Positions 27,031 to 41,900 of a stretch of 64,000 bases of DNA are shown here, piece after piece. Position numbers and translations under genes: made by a program. The stretch is from Eledone cirrhosa. Taxonomy: Eukaryota. The notes under the pieces were generated by a model, which searched no databases, had not been told where the DNA came from, and worked only from the letters and a program-made list of their open reading frames with translations. Every line of letters starts with the position of its first letter. The stretch's first letter is position 1. The stretch is from NCBI GenBank assembly GCA_964016885.1, contig OZ024740.1, positions 268,336,001-268,400,000 of the forward strand, read 5' to 3'.

Positions 27031-27496
27031 CGCCCACTTATTCCTGTGTGTGTCGCGGGGGAAGAAGAGTCCTCAAACACGTCTCCCTGCGGGTCCTGTC
27101 AGCAGCAACCGTCTCCAATTGATACTTGACTTTTGAATTTGTTTTTCCGTATGACTCTCAGCATTGTAGTGAGCCTTTTCATCCAACCACCCGCCTCGCT
27201 ACCTCCATCATCATTTTCCTATTTTACTTATTGCCAGTTAGCATAGTTAGAGAGACTTGTCACATTTTGATTCTTCCCCTTTCCATCTCTCCCAATTGAT
27301 GTGTTATCAGGTAGTATAATTGAATATACAACAGAGATAAACACAAATATAAACATACATGTGTTCGAATTGTAAGGGATTAACTAACTAGTTAGTAGGA
27401 GGTCTCTTTGACATTAGAGATAGAACAGATACTCTATACTATTTCCTGGCAGCATGGCTTGGCAAGATATTTAGAACGCTGGTTTGAGACCTTTAT

Positions 27497-27536
27497 TTCC
27501 CGCTGAAGAAGAGATATTATCTCGAAAATTAAGGAC
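27497..27536 (+). ncRNA. Degenerate minimal hammerhead-like motif
   Basis: CTGAAGA-A-GAGAT/ATT/ATCTC-GAAA. Stems I and III are weak. Confidence 0.45.
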
Positions 27537-27657
27537 GTTTAAAATAAATCTAAGGTAAAAGACGAGTTGTCAACAATATCTTTTGCAATTGCATTCTTTT
27601 TTCTATGTCCATACCTGCATTGTTTTGGCTTTATTATACATATTCAAACGTTTATAA

Positions 27658-29068
27658 CTAGTTAGTATTTTTTTCACCCTAGTGAACTTGCTCCCTTACA
27701 ATTCGAACACATGTATGTTTATATTTGTGTTTATCTCTCTTTAGTTAGTATTGGTTTCACCCTAGTGAACTTGCTCCCTTACAATTCGAATACATGTATG
27801 TTTATATTTGTGTTTATCTCTCTTTAGTTAGTATTTTTTTCACCCTAGTGAACTTGCTCCCTTACAATTCGAACACATGTATGTTTATATTTGTGTTTAT
27901 CTCTCTTTAGTTAGTATTTGTTTCACCCTAGTGAACTTGCTCCCTTACAATTCGAACACATGTATGTTTATATTTGTGTTTATCGCTCTTTAGTTAGTAT
28001 TTTTTTCACCCTAGTGAACTTGCTCCCTTACAATTCGAACACATGTATGTTTATATTTGTGTTTATCTCTCTTTAGTTAGTATTTGTTTCACCCTAGTGA
28101 ACTTGCTCCCTTACAATTCGAACACATGTATGTTTATATTTGTGTTTATCTCTCTTTAGTTAGTATTTGTTTCACCCTAGTGAACTTGCTCCCTTACAAT
28201 TCGAACACATGTATGTTTATATTTGTGTTTATTTCTCTTTAGTTAGTATTTGTTTCACCCTAGTGAACTTTCTCCCTTACAATTCGAACACATGTATGTT
28301 TATATTTGTGTTTATCTCTCTTTAGTTAGTATTTGTTTCACCCTAGTGAACTTGCTCCCTTACAATTCGAACACATGTATGTTTATATTTGTGTTTATCT
28401 CTCTTTAGTTAGTATTTGTTTCACCCTAGTGAACTTGCTCCCTTACAATTCGAACACATGTATGTTTATATTTGTGTTTATCGCTCTTTAGTTAGTATTT
28501 TTTTCACCCTAGTGAACTTGCTCCCTTACAATTCGAATACATGTATGTTTATATTTGTGTTTATCTCTCTTTAGTTAGTATTTGTTTCACCCTAGTGAAC
28601 TTGCTCCCTTACAATTCGAACACATGTATGTTTATATTTGTGTTTATTTCTCTTTAGTTAGTATTTTTTTCACCCTAGTGAACTTTCTCCCTTACAATTC
28701 GAACACATGTATGTTTATATTTGTGTTTATCTCTCTTTAGTTAGTATTTGTTTCACCCTAGTGAACTTGCTCCCTTACAATTCGAACACATGTATGTTTA
28801 TATTTGTGTTTATTTCTCTTTAGTTAGTATTTGTTTCACCCTAGTGAACTTGCTCCCTTACAATTCGAACACATGTATGTTTATATTTGTGTTTATCTCT
28901 CTTTAGTTAGTATTTGTTTCACCCTAGTGAACTTGCTCCCTTACAATTCGAACACATGTATGTTTATATTTGTGTTTATCTCTCTTTAGTTAGTATTTGT
29001 TTCACCCTAGTGAACTTGCTCCCTTACAATTCGAACACATGTATGTTTATATTTGTGTTTATCGCTCT
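27658..29068. repeat. 83-bp tandem repeat, 17 copies
   Basis: Unit TTAGTTAGTATTTGTTTCACCCTAGTGAACTTGCTCCCTTACAATTCGAACACATGTATGTTTATATTTGTGTTTATCTCTCT. Exact 83-nt period from 27661 to 28989, few substitutions, no spacers. Confidence 0.97.
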
Positions 29069-29394
29069 TGTATATTCAATTATATTACACGGCTCAGAAA
29101 AACTTGTTTCTTTGAGCTATTTAATTTAATGATACTATTTTGAGTTCCTAACTCAATATCTAATGTTATCAGTTAGTAGTAATTCTTAAATCTAAGAATG
29201 TAATTGATATTGCTTCACTACCATCTATCACCTCTTTACTTTCCTGTGCTTTTTCTGCTGAACTATGGCTAAAGACTAAGTAATTTGTCTTTGTGAATGT
29301 ATGTGTGTATATATATATGTATGTATCTATTCATTTATGTTGTATGTATATATATATATATATATATACATATATATATTTCATGTATGTTGTA

Positions 29395-29425
<31 letters not shown>

Positions 29426-29492
29426 TTCATGTATGTTGTATGTATATATATCTATATATATATATACATATATATATTTCATGTATGTTGTA

Positions 29493-29523
<31 letters not shown>

Positions 29524-29586
29524 TTCATGTATGTTGTATGTATATATATATATATATATATACATATATATATTTCATGTATGTTG

Positions 29587-29636
<50 letters not shown>

Positions 29637-29729
29637 TACATGTATTTCTGTATGTATATATGAACGTATGTATGTATGTATTCATGTATGTATTTATATA
29701 TGTATGTATGTATGTATTTATATATATAT

Positions 29730-31201
<1,472 letters not shown>

Positions 31202-31499
31202 ACAACATCACACAATGCATTAGAAATAAATTTAAATCGCTAAGATAACAAGAATCTTACCTTAGCAAATTTAATGATCCCAAATATTTTGGGGTTTAAA
31301 AACCCGAAAATATTTGGCACAAACATTTTTAAGAGAAAAACTTTAAAAAAAATCATTTTTTGAAAATGAAGATACAAAAGAAAAACACAGAACTCCAGGA
31401 TCGTCGGCCATTGAAGTGGACTTTGGCAGTTTCGACTCCTACCAACGATACTGCTGGTCCACCCGGGATCACAGCGTCTTACCCAAATAAAAGATGTGT

Positions 31500-31536
<37 letters not shown>

Positions 31537-31739
31537 TTTAGACAAGATGATGACAGAACCATATAAAGCAATTGTGATTTTGTAGTCCACAGAAAGATAG
31601 GTTAATGACAGTTCAGATTTTAATTTAATCAGTTAATTTCTAATTACAGTAGTTTTACAATACCACAGAGCATATATAAAAGAATAAATTAACCAGGATT
31701 AAATTGTCGTTACTTCAATTAAAAAGTATGTTTAAATTA

Positions 31740-32220
31740 CTTGTTTCTACTTTTGGCATACGGTCAGCAATTACCCACTGCATTACTGGTACTTTACTTT
31801 ATCGACCCCATAAGGATGAAAGGCAAAGTTAACTTCGGTAGGATTTGAACTCAGAATGGCAAGGGCTTTAACTCTATGCGTCAAAGCATGGTGCCCGACC
31901 CTCTACCGATACTGCCAATCCATTAAATTAATTGTTTTTACTTTTGGCACAAGGCAAGCAATTATCCAGTGTATTACTGGTACTACATTTTATCGAACTC
32001 GTAAGGATGAAAGGCAAAGTTAACCTCGGCGAGATTTGAACTCAGAATGGCAAGGGCCGTAACTTTATGCGTCAAAGCATGGCGTCCGACCCTCTACCGA
32101 TAATTGTTTCTACTTTAGGCACAAGGCCAGCAATTATCCAGTGCATGACTGGTACTTTATTTTATCGACCCACCCCGTAAGGATGAAAGGCAAAGTCAAC
32201 CTCGGCGGGATTTGAACCCA
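31740..32220 (-). mobile_element. Cluster of 3 family-1 SINEs
   Basis: Three reverse-complement copies, head-to-tail. Confidence 0.9.
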
Positions 32221-32251
32221 TAATGTTATTGTAGAGTTTAATATACTTGAA

Positions 32252-32460
32252 GACGTGTGGCTGATTGGTTAGAGAAATGGATTCGCAATCGTGAGGTTGT
32301 CAGTTCGATTCCTGGACTGGGCGATGCGTTATGTCCTTGAGCAAGACACTTTATTTCACATTGCTCCTTCTACCTTGAGTTGCGACCGATAGATAGTATT
32401 GGCAATTGGAAAGACCAACAGAAACATTGTTTCCTCGGTCCGATTTGACGAAAGTCGATC
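32252..32460 (+). mobile_element. Family-2 SINE with hairpin-rich 3' domain
   Basis: tRNA head (GTGGCTGATTGGTTAG...AGTTCGATTCC), GTCCTTGAGCAAGACACTTTATTTCAC core and a 3' domain shared with 48157-48340 and 61308-61527. Confidence 0.8.
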
Positions 32461-32829
32461 AAAAAAAAAAATACTTGACTAAGATATTGTTAGTTAAATA
32501 AATATTGGTTAGTTATGCCACTTTGTATTTTATCACTAATATATTTTTAATTTGTACGTACAGTCTTCCGTAAAGTTTTAACGTCTTACACACTGTGATT
32601 AGGACTTGTTTACATTTTTGAATTGAAGATGTCTGATATCGAAGTTAAATTTGTTATTTATAGTTTAATGGATTCGGAAGAAATCAGTACCGCGAAGAAT
32701 TAATGATGGGAATATCTTGCTGTATTGATAGAAACGTTCGTAAATCAATTAAATAATTTGATGTAATTTAATCCTGGTTATCTTATTCTTATATATATAT
32801 ATATATATGAAAAATTTATCTATATATAT

Positions 32830-32831
32830 AA

Positions 32832-32888
<57 letters not shown>

Positions 32889-33756
32889 TTTCTTTATTGG
32901 CCACAAGGGCTGACATCAAGAAAAATATTACAGACGGCACAGGACGGTACAGGAGGGTACGATGTGGGTTTTGTGCGTGTAAATATTTTTATTATTTATA
33001 TAAGAAAAGAAAAAAAAAAGACATAGAAACATATATATATATATAAACAATAAAAATGAAAATTGAAACAATGAAAAATTCCCCAATAGGGGGGAAACCT
33101 CCGAGGGTTACTCGTGGCGAAATCCACATAAAAGACCACGGCCACCCTGACCACCAGGGCAAGCGCCCTCTCTCAAATTTTTCCATTTCTCAAACTACAG
33201 ACGTATATTCAGAGCGGTCCCGTTCACTCGGACCATTCTCGCTACATTCACCCACCTTTCAACAAACTTGCTAGAAGGCAGCACTTGCCTCTCCACCCTG
33301 ATTTTCCTCTTCAAGTGAAACTTGAAAAAGTTAATTAGGGATTCGCCGAAGAGGAAAGTGTCTGTCTTTAACCCTTTCAACCTTGTCCACCACACAATCT
33401 CTTTCGCGATGGCCACCAGGCAGATGAAAACCGCCTGCCCTTCCTCCTCGAAGGAAGATGGCGAGACCATCTGCACAATGGACTCAGTCGATAACCGGAT
33501 CAGTCCTACACGCGACAGCAACTGTTCGACATAGCTCCACAAGTCAGCAATGCTTGGGCACTGAACGAGTGCGTGCACGACGGTTTCATCGCTCTGTGCG
33601 CATCTCGAACAGGCTGAGCTTATCTCGAACCGGCAGCGCTCCATTTTGGTGAGAGTGACGAGCAAGGTGGCCTCCCTCACCCAGAAATGGGCCGAGAGGA
33701 AGCTGTCACTGAAAGGCCGGGCGGGGGTGGCGAATGCGTACATCGCATCCGTCATC
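32830..33756 (-). mobile_element. L1/Tx1-like LINE 3' end with 5' inversion
   Basis: Minus strand: C-terminal Zn motif CSRCAQSDETVVHALVQCP, 3' UTR and (TTA)n tail. 33646-33756 is inverted and encodes KWAERKLSLKGRAGVANAYIASVI on the plus strand. Confidence 0.85.
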
Positions 33757-33849
33757 AATAATAATAATAATTGTTTCTACTTTAGGCAAAGACCAGCAAT
33801 TACCCAGTGCATTACTGGTACTTTATTTAATAATAATCAATATTTAATC

Positions 33850-33888
<39 letters not shown>

Positions 33889-33951
33889 TACCTCTGTATT
33901 TTATTTACTTTATCATTAACTCTGAAGCCGAGAATCATTCGGTTTCCTAGT

Positions 33952-34228
33952 TAGAATTTTAGTCTACGACTTCAGCTATACCATTTAGTGGTTTTGTCTT
34001 TGCGTGCAATTGTTCTCTCCGCTCTACATATGACGTATTATCTTCGTTTTTTCCGTTCATTGCCAGAGAACGTCTCTATGAACCACCTAATAGAATATTA
34101 GTCTACGACTTCTTTTATACCCTAAACGTGGTTCTGTCTTTGCGCGTAATTGTTTTTCACCGCTCCTATTAATGACGTATTATATTCATTTTTTCCCGTT
34201 CTTTGCCAGGGAACGTTTCCACGAACCA
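33952..34228. repeat. Diverged tandem duplication, period about 139 bp
   Basis: AGTCTACGACTTC at 33961 and 34100, with colinear similarity downstream. Confidence 0.8.
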
Positions 34229-34605
34229 AAGTATCGTCTTCCTGTCTTCCTCCGGTTGCAACGTTTTTTTAAATATACACTTCTGCGTTCACAGATTGAC
34301 TTTGTTAGTTTCCCGTTAAGGGTGAAAGCAGCGATTCTTTGCTTAAACTTTAATCTGTTATTTTAATATATATATATATATTTATTTATTTACTTCTACC
34401 TAACTCGTCCCTTGGACTGAGTGCTCTACCACTACGGATATTACCTTCCAGTGTTCCACCACTATATATATGGTATTTTTTTCGTGGTTATAAGAGGCTT
34501 AGCTCTGTTTCTCGACCGTTATATCGCGTGACTATCTCCCCCTCCGCCTTTTGGGATTCTTTCTCACGTCGTGTAGACGCGTTCTTGAGACTAGTAAAAT
34601 GAGGT

Positions 34606-34695
34606 ATCCTCTTGATAAGTCGGCAGACCTCGCAAGGACTCTATATCTTTGATATATTGTTTTTGTTTATGCCACGAAACTACGTAGTCGAGAAT
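34606..34695 (+). ncRNA. Hammerhead-like motif (U3-A8 variant, long stem II)
   Basis: ATCCTC-TTGATAA-GTCGGCA...TGCCAC-GAAA-CTACGTAG-TC-GAGAAT. Palindromic stem III. Confidence 0.6.
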
Positions 34696-34786
34696 TTAGG
34701 AACAGTTTAGGTATGATACATTTTATTACTAATTATATCTAAATGTTTCTTCTCTCTTCATAATATATATATATATATATATATAC

Positions 34787-35170
34787 AATGATATTAAATA
34801 AATGGAAACTATATTTATAAAACCATATTTATTCTATTATATATATTTCAAGGGTTCCAAAACTTTGGTACGCTCTCATCAGATAAAATACAAAGTTTGT
34901 TTTATAAATATTGACATAACCAGGAAGAAGATCTTAACGGTTCAAGTGTTTCCTGGATAAAAAACAAACTTTGTATTTTATCTGATGAGAGCGTACCAAA
35001 GTTTTGGAACCCTTGAAATATATATAATAGAATAAATATGGTTTTATAAATATAGTTTCCATTTATTTAATATCATTGAATATTATACTCCAGAAAATTT
35101 GTCGAGTGCTTTCAATCAGTTATAAACATTTACATTTGTTGAATTACCAACAAATTAAATATCCCTTTTG
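34787..35170 (+). mobile_element. Fold-back pLTR-like cassette (arms about 34787-34905 / 34957-35077) plus 3' extension
   Basis: Essentially perfect inverted arms, each containing a hammerhead. (AT)n on both sides. Family also present at 49540-49700 and 55360-55475. Confidence 0.88.
34974..35034 (+). ncRNA. Minimal type I hammerhead ribozyme
   Basis: TATTTTAT-CTGATGA-stem II(GAGCGTACCAAA/TTTGGAACCCTT)-GAAA-TATATA-TA-ATAGAATA. Mirror copy on the minus strand at about 34830-34890. Confidence 0.8.
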
Positions 35171-35225
<55 letters not shown>

Positions 35226-35584
35226 TTAAAATCCATGAATGGGAGATTTACTTTCTGATTTAGAATCAATTCTGCCTTAGTAGATTTTGCTTTCTCATCA
35301 ATTCAGAAAATATAAACTGTATACTAAATAACTGAAGCATATTAAATTGACTATATCCTCCTGCAAAATTTGCAGACATGTTTCAAACGTACGAATATGT
35401 GCAAATAAACACATGTGGGTGTCAGTAGAACAACGTAATTGATCTCGGTCGTATTTGAACTTAGAGAGCAGAGGGCTGAAACGAATGAGGCAAAGCACTC
35501 TATCCGACGATCCAACGACTTTGCTAATTCGCTACCTAGGCAAATAGTATAAATTTTGATAACTAAGGATTTCTTATATAGAGA

Positions 35585-35778
35585 CAAGGCCAGCAATTTT
35601 GACACAAGGCCAGTTACATCGACCCCAGTGTGTGACAGTTACTTTATTTTATCGACCCCCTAAGGATGAAAGGCAAAGTTAACTTCGGCGGGATTTGAAC
35701 TCAGATCATAAAGGGCCGTAACTCTGTGCTGCAAAGCTTGGTGTCTGACGCTCTACCGATACTGCCAATCGACCGCCG
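35585..35778 (-). mobile_element. Family-1 SINE
   Basis: Reverse complement of the consensus. Confidence 0.85.
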
Positions 35779-36189
35779 AATTTTGATAATTAATATAAAC
35801 TAATATATTCTCATTTGAATTAACTAATACCGTAAGTATTGAAATTATGCACAATAGTGCGTTCAGTTCTCTAGTTTTGTTTAACTTGATGGACATATAA
35901 AACCTATATTTGTGTGTTACTATAAGGATTGTGAAGGATGCAACCAGTTACTGAGGAACTTCTCGACAAAGAAAGAACATGTTCTTTTTTTCAATATACA
36001 CAATAACGCGTAAATAAGTCACGTTATCGTGCATAAATATAAATGTGTATTTGCATACACATTTCTCGCAGCTTTGGTTAAAAACATGTGTTGTTTGTAC
36101 ATATATGAATTTAGAAAATACGTCAGAAGCTTAGTGTAATATTTATATGTATTATATAAAAATAAATAAATGAATAAATGAATAAATAA

Positions 36190-36410
<221 letters not shown>

Positions 36411-37066
36411 ATATATATATATATATATACTACTACTACTACTACTACTAAAACACTGTGATTGTGTGCTTGTCTGTAATTTGATACAGCCAAAACGGCG
36501 CATAATGGGAAAATACTTTGAAAGGACGTTGTCGCTGAAATGGGAATACAAATCGAATAAAACAACTTTCGCGTAGAATGAAGCACGGGTTCCCGAGATA
36601 CGGATACCTTCATAAATAGAGAGAGAGAAAGATAGAGAGAAAAAGATAGTAGTTGTGAGAGAGTAGATTGAAAGAGAGACACACAGAGACAGAGGGAAGG
36701 AGACAGAGAAGGAAAATGGAAGAGAGAGAGAGAAAGGGGGGAGAGCTGGTGGTGTTGTTAAATGAAATTATAACAGGTGACTTCAAAGAATCAAATTCAG
36801 TATTACTATATCTAGATAAAGTTTGGTGACTGAATATTAAGTCATATGTATCATATAACTTGTGTTAGGACAAGATGTGTGTATCGACTATTTCCTACTA
36901 AATAGGAAAGGTTTCTAATTGTGTGTTTATATGTGTGTGTGTGTGTGTTTATATGTGTGTGTATGTGTGTGTGTGTGTGTGAATGTATGTGCGTGAATAT
37001 ATGCGTGTATCTGTGACCAGTGTATATAGGCCACAGACACCCACATATGTATATATATATATATAT

Positions 37067-37255
37067 AACGAAGGAAATGTGGTAAGGAACCAGGTGGACC
37101 ATAACGCACCAAAGTACTCAATACTTGGGGTAGTAGAGTGGGTAATAGGAACCAGTAAGACCCCGACGGCTGAGCTCAAGCCGTTTCGACGGCTAATTCT
37201 GGACAGAATTAGCCGTCGAAACGGCTTGAGCTCAGCCGTCGGGGTCTTACTGGTT

Positions 37256-37260
<5 letters not shown>
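37067..37260 (-). mobile_element. Fold-back cassette, 57-bp perfect arms (37145-37201/37204-37260)
   Basis: Near-identical to 23613-23808. Confidence 0.9.
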
Positions 37261-37346
<86 letters not shown>

Positions 37347-37462
37347 ATATGTGGGTGTCTGTGGCCTATATACACTGGTCACAGATACACGCATATATTC
37401 ACGCACATACATCACATACACACACACACATACATATACGTGTATATATATATATATATATA

Positions 37463-37492
37463 CTAGACCCCTCGTGACCCAACGTGTCACGA
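37463..37492 (-). mobile_element. Isolated Helitron-like 3' terminus
   Basis: Minus strand reads TCGTGACACGTTGGGTCACGA-GGGGT-CTAG|T, a hairpin followed by CTAG. Related copy at 38548-38574. Confidence 0.5.
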
Positions 37493-37523
37493 TGGGTGTA
37501 GTATATATGTATATATATATATA

Positions 37524-38449
<926 letters not shown>

Positions 38450-38711
38450 GGGCCTTCTAATTTAATTTTACATTATATACATGTATGTGTATATAATTAA
38501 TATACATTATATACATGTATGTGTATATATTAATTATTACATATATACTAGACCCCTCGTGACACGTTGGGTCATTTTAAATAATTAAAATATACACATA
38601 CATGTATATAATGTAAAATGAAATTAGATGGCCCATATATATATATATATGTGTACATATATATATGCATGTAGACACACATACACACACATACACACAC
38701 ACACATATATA

Positions 38712-38756
<45 letters not shown>

Positions 38757-38794
38757 ATAATATAAGATCAAAAGATGGTTAAAAGAGTTCCTAG

Positions 38795-38865
38795 TATTTT
38801 ATTATGCGCATTTCAAAAACAAATATCATCATAGGATGATATCTGCGTTCTCATCAGATAAAATA
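38795..38865 (-). ncRNA. Minimal type I hammerhead ribozyme
   Basis: Reverse complement: TATTTTAT-CTGATGA-GAACGCAGATATCATC/CTAT/GATGATATTTGTTTTT-GAAA-TGCGCA-TA-ATAAAATA. Confidence 0.85.
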
Positions 38866-38877
38866 GGGAGACATTAT

Positions 38878-39055
38878 GGATTGGCAGTATCGGTAGAGAG
38901 TCGGACACCATGCTTTGAAGCATAGAGTTACGTCCCTTTATGATCTGAGTTGAAATCCCGCCGAGGTTAACTTTGCCTTTCATCCTTACGGGGTCGATAA
39001 AATAAAGTACCAGTAATGTTCTGGTGAATTGTTGACCTTGTGCCTAAAATAGAAA

Positions 39056-39060
<5 letters not shown>
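38878..39060 (+). mobile_element. Family-1 SINE
   Basis: Consensus match. Confidence 0.88.
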
Positions 39061-39117
<57 letters not shown>

Positions 39118-39148
39118 CATATATATATAAATATATATATATACATAT

Positions 39149-39569
39149 ATAATATAAGATCAAAAGATGGTTAAAGGAGTTCCATGTATTTTATTATGCG
39201 CATTTCAAAAACAAACATCATCATGCAATAATATTTGTGTTTTCATCAGATAAAATAGGAGAACATGATAGGAAGGCTAAAAAACACTTGTGGATAGTGC
39301 AGTTTTAAATCAACATGCCTTGATTTAAAACTGCACTATCCACAAGTGTTTTTTAGCCTTCATATCATGTTCTCCTATTTTATCTGATGAAAACACAAAT
39401 ATTATTGCATGATGATGTTTGTTTTTGAAATGCGCATAATAAAATACATGGAACTCCTTTAACCATCTTTTGATCTTATATTATGTATACTCCAGTCCTA
39501 CAAACTGTAGAGTGCTTCTTATCCGATATCTGCATTGCTTTATTGTACTACAATAAAACTCACCTCCTA

Positions 39570-39570
<1 letters not shown>
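39149..39570 (+). mobile_element. Fold-back pLTR-like cassette (165-bp arms 39149-39313/39320-39484, 6-nt loop) plus 3' extension
   Basis: One visible mismatch between arms, a hammerhead in each arm, (AT)n on both sides. Confidence 0.9.
39376..39446 (+). ncRNA. Minimal type I hammerhead ribozyme
   Basis: TATTTTAT-CTGATGA-AAACACAAATATTATT/GCAT/GATGATGTTTGTTTTT-GAAA-TGCGCA-TA-ATAAAATA: perfect 8-bp stem I, canonical core, palindromic stem III. Mirror copy at 39187-39257 (-). Confidence 0.85.
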
Positions 39571-40320
<750 letters not shown>

Positions 40321-41424
40321 ACCTGTTTTGGTGTATCTGTGTGTCTACATGTTGCCGTTAGACCACGCAGCTGCAAGAGGTAATTGAATGGACCTCGCCT
40401 CGAAATTATTTTTACTATCGAGAATAGTGAAACTGAAAGAGAAACCATTAAATACTCAAAGATATTTATTGTGTTAAGTTGAAAGTTGATGCACCAAAAA
40501 CCATACGCAAATATTTCTAATTAATTGAAGTTTCCCTTTTACTTGGTCAAAGAATACAAAAACCTAGCGTTAATTGTTAAAAACCCTCAAAGGAAAGAGC
40601 AGATATTTCAACAAATTGGAAATTAACGCCCAAAGTTAATTGACATGCTTTGAGAAAGGAAAGACTTTCCAATTTTACAGACAAAAAATGTTATATAAAA
40701 AAGCTGAATTTTTAGTCGTTGCTTGATTCCTCAGATACTGGTATCCGGAAACTTGATTTTAGAAGAAAAGCTGAATGGTTTAGATATTATCTAACCAAGA
40801 TACAACTTTCAAAATTCCATAACCACATGTTTCTGATAACAAGTTTTCTTAAAGGTGTTTTAAATACACCATATTTTTTGGTAACTAAAACGTATCTTAC
40901 GGAATTCTGTTATCAATATTATTCTAATTAGCATCAGGGTTATATATGTTGTAGCATATTCTCAATGTGGCAATACTCTAATTGAGAAATTTGATAACCT
41001 GCTTTTAAAATTCGAAAAACGAGATGCAAAGTTAAACACGCCACGTGTTTTCTCATCGATACAGATAAAGCTTGGCAAAAAGAAAAGAAAAGGAAAGAAA
41101 AGTGAAAATAACATCAATCATTAATTAATTACCTGCAATTCATTAGGTGAGCAAAAACAGATAACTAGCTACCTTTATCTGGCGAAAATAATTCAAATAA
41201 TATGCGTCAATATAACACCTTTTCCTTTACACATGCATGCTTTAATCCGTGTACATTTTAACTGATGACAGAGAGGTAATTGTTTGCTTTTAGTTATTTT
41301 CATTTGTTGATACAAAGAGAAAACACTGTGAACAATGCCTGAAGATACTAACAGCTATAAATAAAACATAAAAGGTGACATGATTTGACGAATTCGCTAG
41401 TGCAGTAAAAATTATACTTTGCAG

Positions 41425-41448
41425 GTGAAGATAGGAAAACGCGTAGAG
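41425..41448 (+). other. Candidate 24-nt microexon
   Basis: ATACTTTGCAG|GTGAAGATAGGAAAACGCGTAGAG|GTAAGT: consensus acceptor and donor, length divisible by 3, in unique sequence. Confidence 0.35.
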
Positions 41449-41721
41449 GTAAGTTCCCGTGAGACAGAGACAGCAATGCAAGTTGTATCTTCAGTTGAAG
41501 GCATTTCACTTTACTTTGATCGAGAAAACGGTTGAGAACTACTATACAATTCTGAAAGCCTGACTGAAAAACATTGATACAGGTCAAAAGCTCAGGAAGT
41601 TCTGTTTCGATTAAAGATATATGTAGTTGGGGATATATGTCTTGCTATGCAGTTTATGGATCTTCATTTAATCTCCACTTACTTAAGTCTACTTTATTGT
41701 AGATTTATATTTAAAAAGGTT

Positions 41722-41900
41722 GGTTTCTGATTTAGGCACAAAGCCAACAATTTTGAGGGGAGGGGAAAACCAATCAAATCGACCTCAGTGCATAACTGTT
41801 ACTTTATTCTATCGACGCTGTAAGGACGAAAGGCAAGGCTAACCTCGGCGGGATTAGAAATCAGAACGCAAAGAGTTGTAACTCTATCCCGTAAAGAATG
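41722..41900 (-). mobile_element. Family-1 SINE (diverged)
   Basis: Reverse complement of the long subfamily. Confidence 0.75.

Noticed and set aside
27658-29068. CRISPR-like array
   Set aside because: Units are contiguous and near-identical with no unique spacers, there are no cas genes and the context is eukaryotic.
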